64,000 nt of DNA from Longimicrobiales bacterium. GTDB taxonomy: Bacteria > Gemmatimonadota > Gemmatimonadetes > Longimicrobiales > Gaopeijiaceae. Made by a program: the position numbers and the translations under genes. Shown piece by piece: positions 59,225 to 64,000 of the stretch. The notes under the pieces are model-generated. The model did not search any database. It was not told the origin of the DNA and saw nothing but the letters and a program-made list of their open reading frames with translations. Each line of letters starts with the position of its first letter. Position 1 is the first letter of the stretch. Location of the stretch: the NCBI GenBank assembly GCA_965249725.1, contig CBDFMQ010000002.1, forward strand, positions 480,001 to 544,000, written 5' to 3'.

Positions 59225-61918
59225 ATGACAGACCCCGCCTCCCCGAATCCTGCTGTCCCGCGTCTGAACGCCGCCCTCGAAGGCCGTTACTCGATCACGA
59301 GTGAGCTCGGCGAGGGTGGCATGGCCACCGTCTATCTGGCCGAGGATCACAAGCACAACCGCAAGGTCGCCCTCAAGGTGTTGAAGCCCGAACTGGCGGC
59401 CGTGGTGGGGGCCGAGCGTTTCCTGACCGAGATTCAGGTCACGGCGAACCTGCAGCACCCCCACATCCTTCCGCTGCATGATTCCGGCGAGGCGGATTCG
59501 TTCCTCTTCTATGTGATGCCCTATGTGGAGGGCGAGTCGCTCCGGGATCGCCTGAACCGCGAGCAGCAGTTGCATGTGGATGAGGCGGTCAAGATCGCTA
59601 CAGATCTGGCCGAGGCCCTGGACTACGCACACCGCGCCGGCGTGGTCCACAGAGACATCAAGCCGGCCAACATCCTAATGCACGAGGGCCGCCCGCTCAT
59701 CGCGGACTTCGGCATCGCGCTGGCGGTTGGGGCGGCGGGGGGCACCCGGCTGACCGAGACCGGTCTGAGCGTCGGCACTCCGTACTACATGAGCCCGGAG
59801 CAGGCCACCGGAGACCAGGTGGTGGGGCCGGCCACGGACATCTACGCGCTTGGCTGCGTGCTCTACGAGATGCTGGTCGGTGAGCCGCCCTTCCCGGGGG
59901 CGACGGCCCAGGCGGTGCTGGGCAAGATCATCTCGGGCAAGGCCGTTGCTGCCGCCGAGCAGCGCCCGTCGATTCCGGCCAATGTGGATGCAGCGATCCG
60001 GTGTGCATTGGAGAAGCTGCCGGCGGATCGCTTCACGACGGCGCAGGAGTTCGCTGCGGCGCTCAAGGACGACCACTTCCGTCACGGAGAGCCCAAGGCC
60101 TCTGAGGCCGCGGCCCATCCAGGTCCGTGGAGGCGTGTCGCCGCTGGGCTAGGGACACTCGCGGTGTTCTCATCCGCTGTAGCTGCCTGGGCCGTGTTCA
60201 GCCCGGAGCCCCCGGGTGGCGTGTTGCGCTACTCGATGACCCTCCCGCTCGAGCGGGGGTCACAAAATGCCTTTGGATCGAACCTGGCGGTGTCGCCCGA
60301 CGGCGCGATGCTGGCGTATGTCGGGGCACCGGAGGGACCGGCGCAGCTCTGGATTCGTGATCGACATGATCTGGTACCGCGGATGCTGAGCGGCGGAGAG
60401 GGCGCGCACCAGCCGTTCTTTTCTCCGGACGGGGACCGGATCGCGTTCATTACGATCGGGCGGGCGTTGAGGATCGTGTCTCTTACGGGTGAGCCGCCGG
60501 TCACCTTGGCGGACAGCGGGATTGTCCGTGGAGGTGGCGCTTGGGGGAGCGACGGCAACATCTACTTAGTGTCCGGTGCCGTCGAGGGCGGTCGGGCCAC
60601 CCTCGACGGCCTCGCGCGTATGCCTGCGACCGGTGGTCCCATCACTGTGGTCAGCACTCTCGACACCGTAAGGGCAGAGCTCGGCCACTTCTTTCCCGAT
60701 GTACTGCCGGGTGCGCGTGGCGTGATCTTCACGGTGGGGCGAGAACAATCGTACGACACTGATTTTATGGACATCGCGGTGCTCGATCTGTCCACGGGTA
60801 CGCACCGAGTGCTTCTCGAAGGCATCTACGCGCGATGGGCGGCGAGCGGACACATCATCGTGGTCCGGGCCGATGGATCGGTGGTTGCGGCGCCCTTCGA
60901 CGAAAAGACGCTCGAGCTTACTGGACCGGCGACACCGCTCTTCGAAGGCGTTGGGGTAGAGGGACAGGGCTCGGTGGATCTGGACGTCTCGAAGACCGGG
61001 ACGATCATCTACGAGCCGGGTGAGGCCTTGGCCGAGTCGGGGTCCGATCGGATGGTCTGGGTGACACGAAGCGGTGGCATCGAGGATGTAGACCCGAGCT
61101 GGACAGGTGATTTTTCGTCACCAACACTCTCTCCGGACGGGACGCGCCTGGCACTGAACATCACTGTGGGCGCCGAGTCACAGGTCTGGGTCAAGCAGCT
61201 CGATCAGGGACCGCTCTCTAAGCTCACCTTCGAGGAGAGGCACCGTCGTCCCTCTTGGACTCCGGATGGCCAGACCGTGATCTTCTTGTCGAAGGAGAAC
61301 CGCGACAACGACGAGCTCTTTCAGAGGCGCGCGGATGGAAGCGTTCCGAGCGAGCTGGTGTTGTCACCGGAAGGACAAGTGAACTGGGCGGTCGTCTCGT
61401 CCGACGGACAGTGGTTGGTCTATCAGGAAGATGCGAATCTGTACGCCCGCATGCGGGGAGAAGACGACCAGCCCGTACCGCTCGTCGTGTCCGAGTTTAT
61501 CGACGCAGTGCCCGCACTCTCACCGAACGGACGCTGGATCGCTTATGTGTCGAACGAGTCGGGGCGATTCGAAGTCTATGTGCGCCCTTTCCCGAACACC
61601 GATCAAGGTAAGTGGTTGATATCCCCGAATGGTGGCGGCGAGCCGAGGTGGGCAAAGGACGGCAGCGAGCTCTTCTACCGGGACGCCGAACGCCAGCTGG
61701 TCGCGGTTGAGATTCTGACGGGCCCGACGTTCACCGCCGGAGAGCAGCGAACATTGTTCCCGACCGACCAGTTCCGCGGAGGAGTTACTCAGTATGACGT
61801 CAGCCCGGACGGTGATCGATTCTTGTTTGTTGCGCGGGGCGATACGGAGGCGATCCCAGGCCAGGTGATCGTCGTGGAGAACTTCTTCGAGGAGTTGCAG
61901 GAGCGGGTGAGTCGGTAG
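59225..61918 (+). CDS. Hanks-type Ser/Thr protein kinase with a TM segment and TolB/PD40-like beta-propeller
   Basis: GEGGMATVY, VALK, HRDIKPAN, DFG and GTPYYMSPEQ; multiple SPDG repeats. Confidence 0.94.
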   Translation: MTDPASPNPAVPRLNAALEGRYSITSELGEGGMATVYLAEDHKHNRKVALKVLKPELAAVVGAERFLTEIQVTANLQHPHILPLHDSGEADSFLFYVMPYVEGESLRDRLNREQQLHVDEAVKIATDLAEALDYAHRAGVVHRDIKPANILMHEGRPLIADFGIALAVGAAGGTRLTETGLSVGTPYYMSPEQATGDQVVGPATDIYALGCVLYEMLVGEPPFPGATAQAVLGKIISGKAVAAAEQRPSIPANVDAAIRCALEKLPADRFTTAQEFAAALKDDHFRHGEPKASEAAAHPGPWRRVAAGLGTLAVFSSAVAAWAVFSPEPPGGVLRYSMTLPLERGSQNAFGSNLAVSPDGAMLAYVGAPEGPAQLWIRDRHDLVPRMLSGGEGAHQPFFSPDGDRIAFITIGRALRIVSLTGEPPVTLADSGIVRGGGAWGSDGNIYLVSGAVEGGRATLDGLARMPATGGPITVVSTLDTVRAELGHFFPDVLPGARGVIFTVGREQSYDTDFMDIAVLDLSTGTHRVLLEGIYARWAASGHIIVVRADGSVVAAPFDEKTLELTGPATPLFEGVGVEGQGSVDLDVSKTGTIIYEPGEALAESGSDRMVWVTRSGGIEDVDPSWTGDFSSPTLSPDGTRLALNITVGAESQVWVKQLDQGPLSKLTFEERHRRPSWTPDGQTVIFLSKENRDNDELFQRRADGSVPSELVLSPEGQVNWAVVSSDGQWLVYQEDANLYARMRGEDDQPVPLVVSEFIDAVPALSPNGRWIAYVSNESGRFEVYVRPFPNTDQGKWLISPNGGGEPRWAKDGSELFYRDAERQLVAVEILTGPTFTAGEQRTLFPTDQFRGGVTQYDVSPDGDRFLFVARGDTEAIPGQVIVVENFFEELQERVSR

Positions 61919-61967
61919 AAGAGGTTCGCTCGGCTCGCAGGGTGCAGAATGGAGTTGCCGTGGACGA

Positions 61968-62012
61968 GAGAAGGGGCCGGCCTCCCACGGAGGCCGGCCC
62001 CTTCTCGTCTTT
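61968..62012. terminator. 18-bp perfect inverted repeat, probable terminator between convergent genes
   Basis: GAGAAGGGGCCGGCCTCC-CAC-GGAGGCCGGCCCCTTCTC followed by GTCTTT. Confidence 0.75.
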
Positions 62013-62051
62013 GTAGTGCTAGCGCGTGCGAAGCGCGCCGAGCAGAGCTGT

Positions 62052-62285
62052 CTACTCGCCCTCCAACCAGCGTCGGTCCGCCGCCGACAGACTGCCGCCG
62101 CGGCGCTTGTCGATGACCTTCAGCACCACCCAACCCACCAACAGGATCGGGGCCACCTTGAACAGCAGGAAGGCGGCCAGGCCGAATCCCAGGGACAATA
62201 CGGTGCCCAAGATCGACAGCGCGATGCCGGCCACGACCAGCGTTACGAGGCCGACGGCGAAGAAGGTCAGCAGTGTACCGATCAT
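62052..62285 (-). CDS. Small membrane protein (77 aa)
   Basis: AGGAG upstream; two hydrophobic segments and a charged tail. Confidence 0.7.
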   Translation of the reverse strand: MIGTLLTFFAVGLVTLVVAGIALSILGTVLSLGFGLAAFLLFKVAPILLVGWVVLKVIDKRRGGSLSAADRRWLEGE

Positions 62286-62319
62286 CTCTCTATCTCCTGA
62301 TCAACGCGCGGGGGCGCGG

Positions 62320-63162
62320 TCAGCGCGCCCAGACGACACGGATGCTTCCGAATGCGGCGTCCACGTCCACGGTGACCTGGTACTCCGCCTCGTCATAGTC
62401 CAAGGAGTAATACGCATCTCCGCGCTTGACGAGCCCTTCGGAGTCCAAAGAGGTCAGGAACGTGTCCTTGACCAGCTTGACGCCCAGCCCCTTCGGGAAA
62501 CGCAGTGTGAGGGCACCTAGCCCCATGTCCACCGAGATTCTCGCGTCTCTCCGCCACTCCCCGGTGAAGTCGAGATCGATGTCGCCGACGCCCGCGTCCA
62601 CCTCGATGCGGGCGGCGTTCAGGTTGCCCAACTGACGAGCCGTGAACTCCGCTGCGCCCACCTCGAGGCTCGCTTCGTCCATGGTCTCGACGTTGGGCTC
62701 GGAGACGACCAGTCGCGTTTGCGAAGCACCGGTTTCGATGTCCAGCGCAGTGAGACGCAAGCCGCCGAGATCGATCTCGGCCTTCACGGCACCAAACTCC
62801 ATGGTCAGGTCCATCGCGACGTCCTGGGCGAGCGCCAACTCCATCGAACCAGCGGAATGGTCTCGGCCCATCCACCGGCGCCCGATGGTCTCGGTGCCGA
62901 TCCGTAGAGTGGATCCGCGGTGCTCGGCCACGGGCTCGAACACCTCTTCGTCGTACTTGAGCTGCATGCGGTACAGCGTTCCCGACTCGGCAGCGCCGAC
63001 CGTGAACTCACCCGCTCCGTAGCGCACCAACACGTCGACACTCTCCTCGTCCTCGACTTGCCGGGACATCGTCACGGTCCGCCAGTCCTGGCCGTCCGCG
63101 CGCGCCACCCCGGCTCCGATCAACAGAAGGGCCAACGCCAGTCTCGTCATACCTCTATGCAT
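62320..63162 (-). CDS. Exported beta-solenoid-like protein (LiaF/LiaG/DUF2807-like)
   Basis: Signal peptide; repeated V.xGAG.x.L motifs (YGAGE, FGAVK, TGASQ, VGAAE, AGVGD, MGLGA, AAFGS). Confidence 0.6.
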   Translation of the reverse strand: MHRGMTRLALALLLIGAGVARADGQDWRTVTMSRQVEDEESVDVLVRYGAGEFTVGAAESGTLYRMQLKYDEEVFEPVAEHRGSTLRIGTETIGRRWMGRDHSAGSMELALAQDVAMDLTMEFGAVKAEIDLGGLRLTALDIETGASQTRLVVSEPNVETMDEASLEVGAAEFTARQLGNLNAARIEVDAGVGDIDLDFTGEWRRDARISVDMGLGALTLRFPKGLGVKLVKDTFLTSLDSEGLVKRGDAYYSLDYDEAEYQVTVDVDAAFGSIRVVWAR

Positions 63163-64000
63163 CGTCCACATCCCCAGTATCCCCCGCCTCGTTGGTAGTC
63201 TCATCGGTTACATCGGCTGTAGCCTCGGCCATGTCCTCATCGTCCACCTTGGCCTTGGGCTCTTCCGCGTCGATCACTTCGTCGCTAAACCCGTTGTCCT
63301 GCCAGACCGGCTCCTCGCCGAACGGATCACCGCCGCCGTAGAACTCGGCCTCGCGACCTCCTCGTGTGAGCAGCACAGCGCCGAACCCGACCAGCAGCGC
63401 CGCGAATGCGATCATGGATCCCAACGTCGCAATCAAGCCGCTGAAGAAGCCGAAGAACGGCACGATGTCGAGCACGTTCGCGGCCACGGAGAAGGCGAGT
63501 ACCGTGCCCACGCCAGTGACCACCGCGTAGAAGGTGTTGGTGGGCTGAATCCACTCCAGTCCACTGATCTCCCGGGCGGCGACCCACTCACCGATGTTCT
63601 TGGCTGCCGCGAGGAAGCCGAGTCCGGCTCCCAGGGCTACCGCGATCGGGAACAGGAGCAGCCAGAAGGGCAGGGCAATGATGCCGACGACCGAGACCAC
63701 GAGGGCCACGGCTCCCAACAACCAGGTCGGAAGGACCAGGAACGCGCCGGCCATACCCACCATGCCTGCCCTCATCGGGCTCCGCTGTGCGGTATCTGCG
63801 ACCACATCGAGGTTGTCCTTCGCGAAGTAGACAACGCTGAGCGCGAGGAGCGAGAGGATCAAGAAGGAAAGTAGATCCCCCAGGACCTCCGCGACCCCGT
63901 GTCCGACGGCCCGGAAGGGGGAAAAGCCTCTTCCGGTGTCTCGGTACTCGTGTCGCAGTTCGCTACGGATCTCATCGCGGATGCGATCCTCGAGATTCTC
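63155..64000 (-). CDS. Multi-pass membrane protein, 5'-truncated by the window end
   Basis: The frame stays open from 63155 to the window edge; several TM segments and an acidic tail. Confidence 0.75.
   Translation of the reverse strand, partial: ENLEDRIRDEIRSELRHEYRDTGRGFSPFRAVGHGVAEVLGDLLSFLILSLLALSVVYFAKDNLDVVADTAQRSPMRAGMVGMAGAFLVLPTWLLGAVALVVSVVGIIALPFWLLLFPIAVALGAGLGFLAAAKNIGEWVAAREISGLEWIQPTNTFYAVVTGVGTVLAFSVAANVLDIVPFFGFFSGLIATLGSMIAFAALLVGFGAVLLTRGGREAEFYGGGDPFGEEPVWQDNGFSDEVIDAEEPKAKVDDEDMAEATADVTDETTNEAGDTGDVDDA

Noticed and set aside
59225..61918. Kinase-propeller fusion as a novel system
   Set aside because: This architecture is a commonly seen expanded family in Gemmatimonadota/Acidobacteriota-type genomes; nothing distinctive here.
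1..64000. Prophage, IS element or defence island
   Set aside because: No integrase, transposase, phage structural or recognisable defence genes, and no extended compositional shift seen by eye.

Overview
High-GC bacterial chromosomal window. The gene content suggests Gemmatimonadota (inferred, not shown by a search): Ser/Thr kinase-propeller fusion, receiver-like AraC regulator, many lipoproteins. About 51 densely packed CDSs, mostly housekeeping: aroB, etfBA, moeA/moaC, dacB, acs, guaB, the mfd-PPIase-surA-pdxA-ftsEX-envC-holB run, lepA, pruA, a wzc-like gene and mrp. I recognised no rRNA, tRNA, CRISPR array, integrase or transposase. The standout is the locus at about 15.4-19.8 kb. A GAF-like/TPR protein is convergent with, and shares stop-codon bases with, a 79-aa lipoprotein whose C-terminus is six identical HNPGGNG heptapeptides. 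All six DNA copies differ, and only at synonymous third positions. The lipoprotein gene is divergent from a receiver-like/AraC regulator. This resembles a Rap/Phr (RRNPP)-like peptide-signalling cassette in a diderm bacterium, which is inference. Secondary candidates: a promoter-plus-terminator structured RNA upstream of mrp, structured leaders before guaB and pruA, an NYN-LOTUS-LOTUS-HhH fusion, a STAS/anti-sigma-kinase-like pair in the lepA operon, a CxxCH-bearing DUF4384-like protein and a LITAF-like Zn-ribbon membrane protein. Start codons were chosen by eye and some are uncertain.
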